A stretch of 64,000 bases of DNA from an uncultured delta proteobacterium. GTDB taxonomy: Bacteria > Myxococcota_A > Polyangia > Fen-1088. The notes beneath the pieces were generated by a model that saw only the letters and a list, made by a program, of their open reading frames with translations, made no database searches and was not told the DNA's origin. The stretch covers positions 224,001-288,000 of the forward strand of contig CAVTRY010000007.1 in NCBI GenBank assembly GCA_963737265.1, given 5' to 3'. Made by a program: the position numbers and the translations under genes. Positions 47,818 through 58,013 of the stretch are shown here, piece after piece; the first letter of the stretch is position 1; every line of letters starts with the position of its first letter.

Positions 47818-49173
47818 ATGTCCCTGCCCACGGTTTACGTCGAAACCTACGGCTGCCAGATGAATGTAGCCGACACCGAGATGGTGCTGCGCCTGCTCGA
47901 ACAGGGTGGCTACGCGCGCACGCTGGATCCGGCCGGCGCCGACGTAATCCTCATCAACACCTGCGCCGTGCGCGAACGCGCGGTGGAGCGCGTGCGGGGT
48001 CGGGCCAGCATGCTGGCCCAGTACAAGTCGCACGACAAGCGCGTGGTCCTTGGCATCACCGGCTGCATGGCCGAGCACCTGCGTGGCGAGCTGCGCGAAC
48101 AAGCGCCCTACGTCGATCTGGTGGTCGGGCCGGACAGTTACCGGCGCCTGCTCGACCACATCGAACGAGCACGAGCGGGCGAGTTCGTGCAGGACACTGG
48201 GCTCGATCCCTTCGAAACCTACGCAGGACTGAATCCCACGGCCACCATCACGAGCGGCACCAGCATGACCGGTGGTGTGACGGGAAACGTGCCGATTCAG
48301 CGTGGCTGCGATCGCTTCTGCACCTTTTGCGTGGTTCCCTTCACGCGCGGCCGCGAGCGAGGGACGCCGCCCGACGAGGTGGTGCGCCAGGTGCGGGTGT
48401 TGGCGGAGAACGGGTTTCGCGAAGTCCAACTACTCGGCCAGACCGTCAATTCGTACCGCTTCGGCGACGTAAGCTTTGCCGACCTTCTGCGCCGTGTGGC
48501 CGAGGTCGACGGCATCGATCGCATCCGCTTCACCTCGCCCTACCCGCTCGACTTTTCGGCGGACGTCATCGCCGCCATGGTCGAGCTACCGAAGGTCTGC
48601 AAGCACGTGCACCTTCCCTTGCAGTCCGCCTCGGATTCGGTGCTGGAGCGCATGCGCCGCGGCTACAGCTTCACCGAGTACGCGACGCTGGTGGAGGCCC
48701 TGCGCACGGCGATGCCCGACGGTGCGATTACCACCGATCTCCTGGTCGGTTTCTGCGGCGAGACCGACGCGGAATTCGAGCAGACGTTTCGCGCCGTGAC
48801 CGACATTCGCTTCGACAATGCCTTCACCTTTGCCTATTCCGAACGCAAGGGAACGCTGGCGGCGCGCAAGATTCCCGACGACGTTCCGGCCGAGGTCAAA
48901 CAGCGGCGCCTGGCACGTGTCATCGAAGAGCAGCGACGAATCACCGCGGAGATCTACGCCGCCGAGGTCGGGCGGCGCGAACGCGTGCTGTGCGAGTCGC
49001 CCTCGCGCCGGACGCCTACCGAGCTGCTCGGCCGCACCGAAACCTACCGACCGGTCATCGTGACGCCTGGCCAAGGCGTCGCCGTCGGCGATTTGCTCGA
49101 TGTTCTCATCGATAGGGCCGGCCCGGGAACGCTCTACGGCCGGCCGCTTGCGGGAGTTTCCGGCCGTGAGTGA
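47818..49173 (+). CDS. miaB: tRNA-2-methylthio-N6-dimethylallyladenosine synthase MiaB
   Basis: ETYGCQMN, NTCAVRE, GCMA, radical SAM CDRFCTFC, RIRFTSPYP, TRAM domain. Confidence 0.95.
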   Translation: MSLPTVYVETYGCQMNVADTEMVLRLLEQGGYARTLDPAGADVILINTCAVRERAVERVRGRASMLAQYKSHDKRVVLGITGCMAEHLRGELREQAPYVDLVVGPDSYRRLLDHIERARAGEFVQDTGLDPFETYAGLNPTATITSGTSMTGGVTGNVPIQRGCDRFCTFCVVPFTRGRERGTPPDEVVRQVRVLAENGFREVQLLGQTVNSYRFGDVSFADLLRRVAEVDGIDRIRFTSPYPLDFSADVIAAMVELPKVCKHVHLPLQSASDSVLERMRRGYSFTEYATLVEALRTAMPDGAITTDLLVGFCGETDAEFEQTFRAVTDIRFDNAFTFAYSERKGTLAARKIPDDVPAEVKQRRLARVIEEQRRITAEIYAAEVGRRERVLCESPSRRTPTELLGRTETYRPVIVTPGQGVAVGDLLDVLIDRAGPGTLYGRPLAGVSGRE

Positions 49174-49678
49174 GCGCAAACGCGAGGGCAAGCCGGTCGC
49201 CATCAGCTTCGTGTGCATGGGCAACATCTGTCGGTCGCCGACCGCCGAAGCGGTCATGCGAAGTCTGGTGCGCGAGGCCGGTCTCGGCCACGCCATCGCC
49301 ATCGACAGCGCGGGAACGGGCGCGTGGCACATCGGCGAGGAACGCGACTCGCGCAGCCGGGCCGTGGCCAAACAACGAGGAATGCCGATCACCGGGGTCG
49401 CGCGCCAGTTCGTGCGCACTGACTTCGATCGCTTCCACCTTGTGCTGGCGCTCGACGAAGACAACCAGCGCGACCTGCAGCGCCTTGCCCCGAGCGACGA
49501 GGCGCGGGCGAAGATCCATCTTCTGCGCGAGTTCGATCCCGACGCTCCGCCCGGCGCCGAGGTACCCGATCCTTACTACGGTGGTCCGGACGGTTTCGAG
49601 CAGGTCTTCGACATTTGCGTTTCGGCCTGCCGCGGGCTTTTGCAGCACCTGCGACGCGTGCATCAACTCGACCCATGA
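49166..49678 (+). CDS. Low-molecular-weight protein tyrosine phosphatase
   Basis: CMGNICRSPTAE, DSAGT, EVPDPYYGG. Confidence 0.93.
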   Translation: MSERKREGKPVAISFVCMGNICRSPTAEAVMRSLVREAGLGHAIAIDSAGTGAWHIGEERDSRSRAVAKQRGMPITGVARQFVRTDFDRFHLVLALDEDNQRDLQRLAPSDEARAKIHLLREFDPDAPPGAEVPDPYYGGPDGFEQVFDICVSACRGLLQHLRRVHQLDP

Positions 49679-50439
49679 GCCGCGAGCCCTTCGTTCCGTC
49701 CATCGAGCGCGCGCTCGGCAGCAGGATCGTCGCCATGGACGCCGTCACGGGCGGCGACATCAACCGGGCGCACGAGGTCCGACTGGCGGACGGACGCGTG
49801 GTCTTCGTGAAAAGCAACGCCCAGGCACCGGCCACCATGTTCGAGGTCGAGGCACGTGGGCTGGCGTGGCTGGGGCATGCGCAAGCGCTGCGCGTGCCGG
49901 CGGTGATCGCGCAGGGCGAGGATTTCCTTGTCTTGGAATTCATTCGCCCCGGACATCGCCAGCCTGATTTCGACAAGAACCTGGGACACGGTTTGGCGAC
50001 GCTGCATCGTGCGGGCGCGCCCGGCTTCGGCCTCGACCACGACAACTTCATCGGTCGCCTTGCCCAGGCCAACGCCCCGCTTCCGACGTGGGCCGAGTTC
50101 TATCGCGAGCGGCGGCTGCTACCGCAACTTCGCCTCGCGCTCGACGGCCATCTGGCGAGCCCGGCCATGCGGCGAGGATTCGACCGCTTGCTTGCCGGCC
50201 TGGAGGAGCTGGTCGGACCGCCCGAGCCGCCGTCGCGCCTGCACGGCGACCTGTGGGGCGGCAACGCCATGGTCGACGAGCGCGGCCTGCCCTGTCTCAT
50301 CGATCCCGCCGCGTACGGCGGCCATCGCGAAGTCGATCTGGCCATGATGCGCCTGTTCGGCGGTTTTGGCGCTCGCGTATTCGCGGCGTATGAAGAAGCC
50401 TTTCCGCTCGCGCCCGGCCACGAAGAACGCGTGGCCCTC

Positions 50440-52221
50440 GGGTGGGTTGCACGGGCCCGGGTTCTGGTGGCGGCTGAAGGGCCCGTTTTCCGAGCGCGCT
50501 ACGGGACGTTGATTCGAGGGCGAGTTGGTGGGTGGCGCGCTCGGAAAACGGGCCCTGGCGTGGTTCCCAAAATGGAAGGAATTTGCGTAGGAAGGAGATT
50601 CATGGCGATGCCTTCAGCTATCCAAGAAGGAGGCACCGCCATGAGACGACCCAATGTCGCAGGATTGACTTTGCAGGCTCTGGAACCGCTCGTCCAGAAA
50701 TTGAACGAGCTCGAACAACAAGCGCTGCGCGGCGATGGCATGTCCGTGGCGACGCTGGGGGCTGCGCTGGCGACGACGTTGTCGACTGTGGGCCGAAGAG
50801 CCATGGAACTGGTCATCCAGCAGGCCGCGCGGGCTCATGGACCTGGACAAGTCTGCACCTGTGGAAAGCAAGCCAAATCCAGAGGATTTGAGAGAACGAC
50901 GTTCGTGGCGAGATTCGGTCGGGTGGAAGCCGATCGTCGACGCAACGAGTGTGTTTGCGGCCGCAGCTGGTTTGCCTTTGACGAGGCTTGGGGCCTTCCT
51001 GCGGGCGAATACGCCGACGATGTGCGCGAGGCGACCGAAAGGCTGGCCTGCCGGATGGGCAGCTTCGACGAGGCCGTCGAGGAACTCCGTTACCTGTGGG
51101 CCGTGGCTCCCGACGGGAGCACCGCCAAGCGATGGGTGACCGAAGATGGAACGCGTGCCGCCCAGGCCGCCCAGGCCGATGCCGAAGCCCATTGGAGCAA
51201 GTACGACCAACAGGTGCACGCCCAGGCTCGCGGTGACCTGTGTGCGCCCAAGCGTACAGAGGGCTTCGGCGTGATCGAGGTTGACGGTGTTCACGTCCTG
51301 ACCTGGAAACCAGGACAAGAGCCACGGCGCAAAGCGACCGACGAGGCGAAGGCGCCGTCTGCGGTCCCGAACGCCACACAGTCGGCAGCGGTCAGCGAGA
51401 CCGGCGAACGTGCCCTTCGCCATCAGGCGCCGAGTACCCTGTCCGAGGTCGCTGGCTCGCCCATGGGGCCCACCGGGCGCTCACCACGGGTCGCCGGCCG
51501 CGAGGTGTGCATGGGACTGACCTACCTCGGGGAACACGCCTGCGAGGAGAGCCCCGGCCGAGGCGTCTTGCTGGACCGGCGCTACGTCGCAACACTCAAC
51601 GACCGAGACGGCTTTTGGCACAAGCTGCACGCCGCCGCCACGACCCAGGGCGTGCTGTCTCGCCAGAAGGTAGTCCGTGTCTCCGACGGTGGCGCTTACT
51701 TCATCGAGCACAGCGACGAGATCTTCTGCGACCAGCCGTTGCTTGGCATCCTCGACTGCCAGCACGCCAAGCAGCATGTCTGGGAGGCAGGTCACAAGGT
51801 CGTGCCGGACAAGAAAGCAGTGCCATCTTGGGTCTTGCCACGTACCGAGGCCATCATGGACGGCAAGGTCGACCAGGTGCTCTCGGGCCTCGCCCAAGAG
51901 CGGCAGCGCTCCACCGGCAGCCAAGCGGTCAAAGCCCTCGACGACTTGACCGGCTACCTGAGCCGCCACAAGCACATGATGGACTACCCCGCATACCACG
52001 CTGCCGGCTATCCGCTGGCCAGTGCCGCCATCGAAAGCACCAACAAGCGCCTCGTCGGCCGGCGCTGCAAGCAAGGCGGCATGCTCTGGAGCGAGGTCGG
52101 CCTTGAAGCCATGGTCGCGCTCAGGGTTGCCTTCTACAACCCGGGGGCCTGGCTCGCCCTCTGGCCTCACACCCAAGCCCAGGCCGCCCAGTCATGAAAC
52201 CCGGACCCGTGCAACCCACCC
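50440..52221 (+). mobile_element. ISKra4-like insertion sequence with 9-bp target-site duplication
   Basis: Terminal inverted repeats GGGTGGGTTGCACGGG(C/T)CCGGGTT; direct repeat GTGGCCCTC at 50431-50439 and 52222-52230. Confidence 0.93.
50641..52197 (+). CDS. DDE transposase (ISKra4/UPF0236-like)
   Basis: GGAGG RBS; CTCG...CVCG zinc motif, EVDGV, VSDGG, LDCQHA, YPLASAAIESTNKRLVGRRCKQGGMLWS. Confidence 0.88.
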   Translation: MRRPNVAGLTLQALEPLVQKLNELEQQALRGDGMSVATLGAALATTLSTVGRRAMELVIQQAARAHGPGQVCTCGKQAKSRGFERTTFVARFGRVEADRRRNECVCGRSWFAFDEAWGLPAGEYADDVREATERLACRMGSFDEAVEELRYLWAVAPDGSTAKRWVTEDGTRAAQAAQADAEAHWSKYDQQVHAQARGDLCAPKRTEGFGVIEVDGVHVLTWKPGQEPRRKATDEAKAPSAVPNATQSAAVSETGERALRHQAPSTLSEVAGSPMGPTGRSPRVAGREVCMGLTYLGEHACEESPGRGVLLDRRYVATLNDRDGFWHKLHAAATTQGVLSRQKVVRVSDGGAYFIEHSDEIFCDQPLLGILDCQHAKQHVWEAGHKVVPDKKAVPSWVLPRTEAIMDGKVDQVLSGLAQERQRSTGSQAVKALDDLTGYLSRHKHMMDYPAYHAAGYPLASAAIESTNKRLVGRRCKQGGMLWSEVGLEAMVALRVAFYNPGAWLALWPHTQAQAAQS

Positions 52222-52346
52222 GTGGCCCTCTACCAGCTTTACTTCCTGATGGTCCACGTGAATCTCTTCGGCGGCTCCTACGTTGCTTCGGTCGAACAGG
52301 CCCTGGCCAGGGTGTGTTCCTGATCTGTAACCGGCATCGCCTTCTT

Positions 52347-53591
52347 TCAGGGCGTGGCGGAACGTCTTACCATCCTATCGACGTTGCGCATCTGCACGAG
52401 GGTGAGAAGCATGGCTCCGATGACGACCCAGCCCAGCACGTGGTAGTTCTCGATGCGCCCGGACGCGCTCTGGACCACGAGCAGGCCGGAAATCGACGAC
52501 GACACGGCGCCAGCAAACTGTTGCATGGATGAGCTGACCGACATGTACGCGCCGCGGTCGGGAAGCGCCGGCACGCCCGAGATGAGCGCCATGGTCGAGA
52601 CCTGCCGACCCGCGATGGTGGCGAACAGCGTGCAGTTTCCGACCATCGCGAGCCACAGGGGCACGCCGTCGAGTCCGGTCCACCACCACACCACCAACAT
52701 GCCCGCAAAAGAGGCGATGGCGAGCAGACGGAATTTGCCGATGCGGTCGGCGAGCCGACCTAAGAGAGGGCCTGCGGCCATGCCCACGATGCCGGAGGCC
52801 ATGTAAATCATCGGGAGATGATTGAGCGACACGCCCAGGTTGTGAACCACGAAGTTACTGGCGAAGGGCTGGAGCATAAAGCCGCCGGTGGCTACCAACA
52901 TGGTGGCCGCGAAGCCGACCAGATAGCGTCGGTTGGTAGCGGTATTGAACAGGTGACGCAGCGGATTCCGGCCTCGCCCAGCTTCCAGGTGGGCCGTGAT
53001 GGGCTTTAACTTCCAAACCAACACGATTCCCACCAACACGCCGACCGCCACGATCATGCGGAACGGTCCGTGCCATCCGAAATGACTGGCCAGAAACAGC
53101 CCAATGGGAATTCCCATCACTTGGCTCGCGGCGAAGGCGCTCTGAATGGTGCCCATCGCCCGGCCGCGCGCCTGCAGCGGAAACAGGTCGGCGACGATCG
53201 CAAAGCTGATCGAACCGATCACGCCACCAAACAGCCCGGTGACCACGCGCGCTCCGAGCAGAAACGGGTAATTGGGCGCGATCCCGCACAGAAACGTCCC
53301 GGCTAGGAATCCCGCGTAGAACATCAGGAGCAGTCGTTTTCGATCGAGCTTGTCGGCGAAGCCCGCCGCCAGGATTCCCGCGATGCCTGCGCTGAACGCG
53401 TAGGCGCTCACCACCAGGCCGAACTGGCGCGCGTTGATTGCGAGCTCGGGCATCAAGATGGGACCCATCGGCGAGAGGATCATGAAATCGAGAACGATGG
53501 TGAACTGCAGGAACGCCAAAAGAACCACCACCAGTTTCTGATAAGTCGAAAAGGTGGGCGGTGGCGGTTTTGCGCCAGGGGACGTGGACAT
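52347..53591 (-). CDS. MFS transporter (DHA1-like)
   Basis: GFADKLDRKRLL motif A, ARVVTGLFGG, about 12 TM segments. Confidence 0.9.
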   Translation of the reverse strand: MSTSPGAKPPPPTFSTYQKLVVVLLAFLQFTIVLDFMILSPMGPILMPELAINARQFGLVVSAYAFSAGIAGILAAGFADKLDRKRLLLMFYAGFLAGTFLCGIAPNYPFLLGARVVTGLFGGVIGSISFAIVADLFPLQARGRAMGTIQSAFAASQVMGIPIGLFLASHFGWHGPFRMIVAVGVLVGIVLVWKLKPITAHLEAGRGRNPLRHLFNTATNRRYLVGFAATMLVATGGFMLQPFASNFVVHNLGVSLNHLPMIYMASGIVGMAAGPLLGRLADRIGKFRLLAIASFAGMLVVWWWTGLDGVPLWLAMVGNCTLFATIAGRQVSTMALISGVPALPDRGAYMSVSSSMQQFAGAVSSSISGLLVVQSASGRIENYHVLGWVVIGAMLLTLVQMRNVDRMVRRSATP

Positions 53592-53621
53592 CATCAACCT
53601 CGTGTGGAGTGAACGGACTGC

Positions 53622-54857
53622 TCAAACAGGCAACGCCGCCAGGAACGCGGATGCATCTAGCACACGAACATCCCCGGCGGTGCCCGCTTCGATGTGATCT
53701 CCGACCACCAGAAACCTATGTCGGATGCCCAATCGGCTGGCGAAGTAGCGAATCGATGCGCCAGGGTTGGTCTTGCTCGCCTTCACCTCGATGATCAGCC
53801 AAGGCTTTCCTTCGCGGCTCACCAGGAAGTCTACTTCACGCCCTTCCTTGTCACGAAGATAGTGCAGATCCAGCCGTGGGTAGCCCCAATCCTGGGTGAA
53901 CTGGCACCACTTGAGCAGATGACTGGCGATCAGGTTTTCGAGGCGTGCGCCAGGCTGAGACACGGCCGACCAGTCCCACAAAAACACCTTGGGCTCACGA
54001 CGCAAGGTTCTGGCCATCCGGCCAGCAAACGGCCGAAGCAAGTAGAGGTAGTACAGTCGTTCGAGGTAGCTGACCCACAGGCGCACCGAGTCCAGTGCAA
54101 CCTGCAAGTCCTCGCGTAGGGAATTGTATGACAAGACTCCGCCACATCGCGAGTCGAGCAGTTCGACGAGTTGTTCGACATGGGAGATAAGCTGGATTCG
54201 CGAGAGATCCCGCAGATCCTCCCGCAGCAAGAGATCCTTCCGTTCGCGGTGCCACAGACGCAAGCGTCGTTCGTTTTGATCCAGGAATGGTTCTGGAAAT
54301 CCCCCGAATCGATGTAGGGACTCGAAAGCCTCGCGCACGGCGGGTTCGGGGCGGCCGCCAAGGCTGTCCAGCCGTTTCAAGGTGTCATCGAGGTCGTACT
54401 TCTGTGAGGGGCTGTTGGGATCAAGCAATTCGCGCACGGACAGCGGGTGCATTCGATACTGGTGGTAGCGGCCAAGCAAGCTGTCGCCGCCACGCTGATA
54501 GACATCGAGACGACCACTTCCGGTAACGAACACGTCACACCGGTCCTTGCGAGTATCCCAAAGCCCCTTGAGAAACCGCTTCCAGCGGGGATACCGATGA
54601 ATTTCGTCAAGCACGACGAGCGGCCTTTCGCCCGGTTTGTGCGTCCGGTACTGGTCGACAAAGGCAAAAGGCTCACGGGCAAAGGCCGAGCGCCAAGCCG
54701 GGTCGTCCCAGTTCCGATAGAGGTCTTTCGAGTGCCGGATTTCCAGCAGCGCATGCCCGAGCGTGGTCTTGCCCACCTGGCGTGGACCCACGACAAAAGC
54801 CATGCGACGCTGGGGAAAGTGGCCCTTCAACAGAAGGTGTTCGAGACTCCGCTGCAC
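53622..54857 (-). CDS. AAA+ ATPase (AAA_14 + DUF4143)
   Basis: GPRQVGKT, LDEIH, VTGSG, FGGFPEPF, KVFLWD, ENLIA, EVDF...IEVK. Confidence 0.9.
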   Translation of the reverse strand: MQRSLEHLLLKGHFPQRRMAFVVGPRQVGKTTLGHALLEIRHSKDLYRNWDDPAWRSAFAREPFAFVDQYRTHKPGERPLVVLDEIHRYPRWKRFLKGLWDTRKDRCDVFVTGSGRLDVYQRGGDSLLGRYHQYRMHPLSVRELLDPNSPSQKYDLDDTLKRLDSLGGRPEPAVREAFESLHRFGGFPEPFLDQNERRLRLWHRERKDLLLREDLRDLSRIQLISHVEQLVELLDSRCGGVLSYNSLREDLQVALDSVRLWVSYLERLYYLYLLRPFAGRMARTLRREPKVFLWDWSAVSQPGARLENLIASHLLKWCQFTQDWGYPRLDLHYLRDKEGREVDFLVSREGKPWLIIEVKASKTNPGASIRYFASRLGIRHRFLVVGDHIEAGTAGDVRVLDASAFLAALPV

Positions 54858-54999
54858 ATGACCAAGTTCTAATATCCTGGTAGAAAGTCAAGACCATTTA
54901 CCAGAAGGCTGGTAGAAGGTCGTATGCCATTTAAGCATTCGCTCGCCCTGGCGGTGGGCTCGGAAAAGTGTAGAACGTCGTGATTCCCCCCGTCCTCCC

Positions 55000-55530
55000 A
55001 TGATCCAGTCCCTCGAGCTTTGGCTTGTGCGCCACGGAGAATCGACCTTCAACGCCGAAGGACGATTCGCGGGCTGGTCGGATCCGCCTCTCACACTGGC
55101 GGGCGAGGCGATGGCGCGAGCGCTGGTTCCCCGGTTGGCCGGTATTCACTTCGATGGAATCTGGCGCTCCGATCTCATTCGGACGCGCGAGACGGCGCGC
55201 CTCGCCGGTTTTTCCGACGTTCCCGCCGACGCGCGCCTGCGCGAGATCCACTTCGGCGACTTGGAGGGCCGGACCTTCGTCGAGATGGACGACGAATGGC
55301 GGGAGCGCCTGCGATCCTTTGCCGACTTCGTTGCTCCTGGCGGTGAGTCGGCCGCGCAGCTCCGATGGCGCGCCGAAGCCTTCGTCGCGGGCCTGGCCCC
55401 AGGCCGCCACCTGATATTCTCGCATGGAGGTTGGATCCGAAGCCTCATGGCAGTGTGCAGATCCGATCGCTTCCCGGATAAGGCCGAGCTGGTGAAAATC
55501 GACTGGCCGAGGCGCGAGATTCTTCCGTGA
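55000..55530 (+). CDS. Histidine phosphatase (CobC/alpha-ribazole phosphatase-like)
   Basis: LVRHGES, SDLIRTRETA, LREIHFGDLEG, FSHGG; overlaps cobQ. Confidence 0.85.
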   Translation: MIQSLELWLVRHGESTFNAEGRFAGWSDPPLTLAGEAMARALVPRLAGIHFDGIWRSDLIRTRETARLAGFSDVPADARLREIHFGDLEGRTFVEMDDEWRERLRSFADFVAPGGESAAQLRWRAEAFVAGLAPGRHLIFSHGGWIRSLMAVCRSDRFPDKAELVKIDWPRREILP

Positions 55531-56981
55531 GCGCGAAGGCGATCATGGTCTGGGGATGTACCTCCGACGCGGGGAAGTCGTTTCTCGCCACGGCGCTGTG
55601 CCGTTGGTTTTCCAACCAGGGACTGAAGACGGCGCCGTTCAAAGCCCAGAACATGAGCAACAACGCGCGGGTCGCGATGGGCGGCGAGATGGGAAGCGCG
55701 CAGTGGCTGCAAGCCAAGGCGGCCCGGCGCGAGCCCGAGGTACGCTTCAATCCCATCCTGCTAAAACCCGAACGCGACACCGCGAGCCAGGTGGTGGTGC
55801 TCGGCCAGGTGGATCAGGAACTGTCCGAGATGGAGTGGCGGCGCCGCTCGCCCCTGCTGTGGGAGCGGGCGCGCCCGGCATTGCACGATTTGATGGCGGA
55901 CAACGACGTCGTGGTGATCGAAGGAGCGGGAAGCCCGGCGGAGATCAACCTCGCCGATGCGGACTACGTGAACCTTGAGACTGCGCGCGAGTCCAAGGCG
56001 CGCTGCCTGCTCATTTCCGACATCGACCGCGGCGGCGCCTTCGCCCATCTCTTCGGCACATGGTCGCTGCTTCCCGCGGATCTGCAACCGCGGCTTTCTG
56101 GGTTCGTGCTCAACAAGTTCCGGGGCGATGCATCCCTGCTCGAACCAGGCCCGCGCGAGCTGCACGCGCGCACCGGGATTCCCGTGCTTGGAACCATCCC
56201 CCTTGTCGCCCACGAATTGCCCGACGAGGACGCGGTGGCACTGGACCATTTCCCATCACCCGACCGAGACGGGGAAAGATTCCGCGTAGGCGTCGTGGCG
56301 TGGCCGCGCATCTCGAACTTCGACGAGTTCCGTCGCTTGGGCTCGTGGCCGGGCGTGCGCCTGCGCTTGGTGCGACGCCCGGAGCAGGTCGACGGCCTGG
56401 ACCTTTTGATCCTGCCCGGATCCAAGCACGTCCCCAGCGACCTCGGCTGGCTGCGCGAGCGCGGCCTCGATTCGGCGGTGCACGCCTTCGCGCGCGCCGG
56501 GAAACCAGTGCTTGGCGTGTGTGGCGGGATGCAGGCGCTAGCGGGCCGCATCGACGATCCCTCTGGCCGAGAGGGAAAAGCGGTGGGTCTCGGACTGCTG
56601 CCGTTTTCCACGATCCACGGGTCGCACAAGATCGTGCGCAAGTCCGAAGTCGCCGTTCCGGTTTTGGGCGGTTTCTGGAAACCGCTGGCGCAACGAAGAC
56701 TGACGGGCTACGAGATCCGCACCGGCACCGTGGCGGGCGTTGATCCGGATTCGATCCAGGCGTCAGTCCAAGCCCGCGGAAATGTCCTCGGCATTTACTT
56801 GCACGGCGTCTTCGAGCACGCGGAAATCCTGGCCGCGCTCTTCGGCGGCGACGCTAGCTCCCCCGATCCGCTGGAGAAGACCTTCGAGGATTTGGCCCGC
56901 CTTGCTGGGGAACACGTGGACATGAAGACCATTTCCGAGTGGGTCGATCCCACCTGCCCTGAATTTCCCGACAAGCTCTAG
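55527..56981 (+). CDS. cobQ: Cobyric acid synthase
   Basis: GCTSDAGKS, PFKAQNMSNN, NPILLKPE, EGAGSPAEINL, DIDRGG, NKFRGD, GVCGGMQ, YLHG. Confidence 0.93.
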   Translation: MSAKAIMVWGCTSDAGKSFLATALCRWFSNQGLKTAPFKAQNMSNNARVAMGGEMGSAQWLQAKAARREPEVRFNPILLKPERDTASQVVVLGQVDQELSEMEWRRRSPLLWERARPALHDLMADNDVVVIEGAGSPAEINLADADYVNLETARESKARCLLISDIDRGGAFAHLFGTWSLLPADLQPRLSGFVLNKFRGDASLLEPGPRELHARTGIPVLGTIPLVAHELPDEDAVALDHFPSPDRDGERFRVGVVAWPRISNFDEFRRLGSWPGVRLRLVRRPEQVDGLDLLILPGSKHVPSDLGWLRERGLDSAVHAFARAGKPVLGVCGGMQALAGRIDDPSGREGKAVGLGLLPFSTIHGSHKIVRKSEVAVPVLGGFWKPLAQRRLTGYEIRTGTVAGVDPDSIQASVQARGNVLGIYLHGVFEHAEILAALFGGDASSPDPLEKTFEDLARLAGEHVDMKTISEWVDPTCPEFPDKL

Positions 56982-57051
56982 CGAGACGCTTCAGGGCAGG
57001 AGTTCCCGGTTGTGCCTGTGCCAAGGCCAGCAAGGTAGGTATACTTCGTCC

Positions 57052-57633
57052 ATGGCCGACGCAGCGGGGAAGGTTGCAACGTACGACGACGTGCTGGCCG
57101 CACCTCCGCACATGGTGGCGGAGATCGTGGATGGCGAGCTGATCCTTTCACCCAGACCCGCGTCGCCGCACGGGGCGGCCGCCAGCACGCTGGGCGAGGA
57201 ACTGGGACCACCCTTCAAGCGAGGACGCGGCGGACCTGGAGGCTGGATTATCGTCGACGAGCCCGAGCTGCATTTCGCGGGTAACGTGCTGGTGCCCGAT
57301 CTGGCGGGCTGGCGGCGCGAGCGCATGGCGCTGTTGCCGGACGCGCCCTTTCTGACCCTGGCCCCGGACTGGATTTGCGAAGTCCTTTCCCCCGGCTCGG
57401 CGCGCTTCGATCGCAAGAAGAAGATGCCCATCTACGGCCAAGAAGGCGTGCGCAACGCTTGGCTGGTGGATCCCGTGGAACGGACCTTGGAGGTCTACCG
57501 CCTGGCCGACGCGCACTGGTCGCTGCTGGCCACGTTTTCCGACGACGAGCACGTGCGGGCCGAACCCTTCGACGCCATCGAGCTTGAGCTTGGCCTGCTG
57601 TGGGCCGACGTCGAGCTGGCCTCAGCAAAGTAG
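57052..57633 (+). CDS. Uma2-family putative endonuclease
   Basis: EIVDGEL, VPDLAGW, APDWICEVLSP, DRKKKMPIY, WLVDP. Confidence 0.9.
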   Translation: MADAAGKVATYDDVLAAPPHMVAEIVDGELILSPRPASPHGAAASTLGEELGPPFKRGRGGPGGWIIVDEPELHFAGNVLVPDLAGWRRERMALLPDAPFLTLAPDWICEVLSPGSARFDRKKKMPIYGQEGVRNAWLVDPVERTLEVYRLADAHWSLLATFSDDEHVRAEPFDAIELELGLLWADVELASAK

Positions 57634-57651
57634 CGCCCAATCGCGGCACGA

Positions 57652-57993
57652 TCACGAGCCCATTTGCAGGACTTTGGTCAGCTTGGTGATGAGCGTCGAG
57701 TCGCCGGTGATCTTGAGTTTGCCGGCGAGGAAGATCTGCATGGCGGCTTGCAAGCCGCCATCGATCATGGCGCAGAAGTCAGTATCCGCCACCTCGATGG
57801 TGCATTGGGGTTGGCCGGATTCGCCGGGCGTGCACGTGGGCGGCGTCGCCTGCAAATCCGCGGTCCATGTGCCGCCGTCGTTGCCACCGATCTTGAACAG
57901 GTAGGTAGCGGCGACATCCTTGGCCCGGCTGGGATTGGCCAGCAGGGCGGCGGGTACGCGTTTGTCGAAAAATTCCTTCACCGATGTGGCCAT
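57652..57993 (-). CDS. SCP2 sterol/lipid-binding domain protein
   Basis: YLFKIGG.DGGTW, CTIEVAD.DF, MQIFLAGKLKITGD. Confidence 0.85.
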   Translation of the reverse strand: MATSVKEFFDKRVPAALLANPSRAKDVAATYLFKIGGNDGGTWTADLQATPPTCTPGESGQPQCTIEVADTDFCAMIDGGLQAAMQIFLAGKLKITGDSTLITKLTKVLQMGS

Positions 57994-58013
57994 CCGGTCC
58001 TCCCAGTGCGTCT

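Larger units (their letters stand above)
49675..52323 (+). pseudogene. Fructosamine kinase family gene interrupted by an IS
   Basis: GGDIN, FVKSN, LHGDLWGGN, IDPAAYGGHREVDLAM. Removing the IS restores EERVALYQLYFLMVHVNLFGGSY...*, ending at 52323. Confidence 0.9.

Noticed and set aside
49615-52197. 860-aa kinase-transposase as an evolved novel protein
   Set aside because: Terminal inverted repeats, a 9-bp TSD and the stranded kinase C-terminus show it is an insertion by-product (reported as such).
54858-54999. Cobalamin riboswitch before cobC/cobQ
   Set aside because: Region is short and lacks a B12-box or GGGAA/GCCACUG motifs.
53622-57633. AAA/DUF4143 plus Uma2 as an anti-phage system
   Set aside because: Not adjacent or co-oriented, separated by cob genes; both families are commonly scattered singly.
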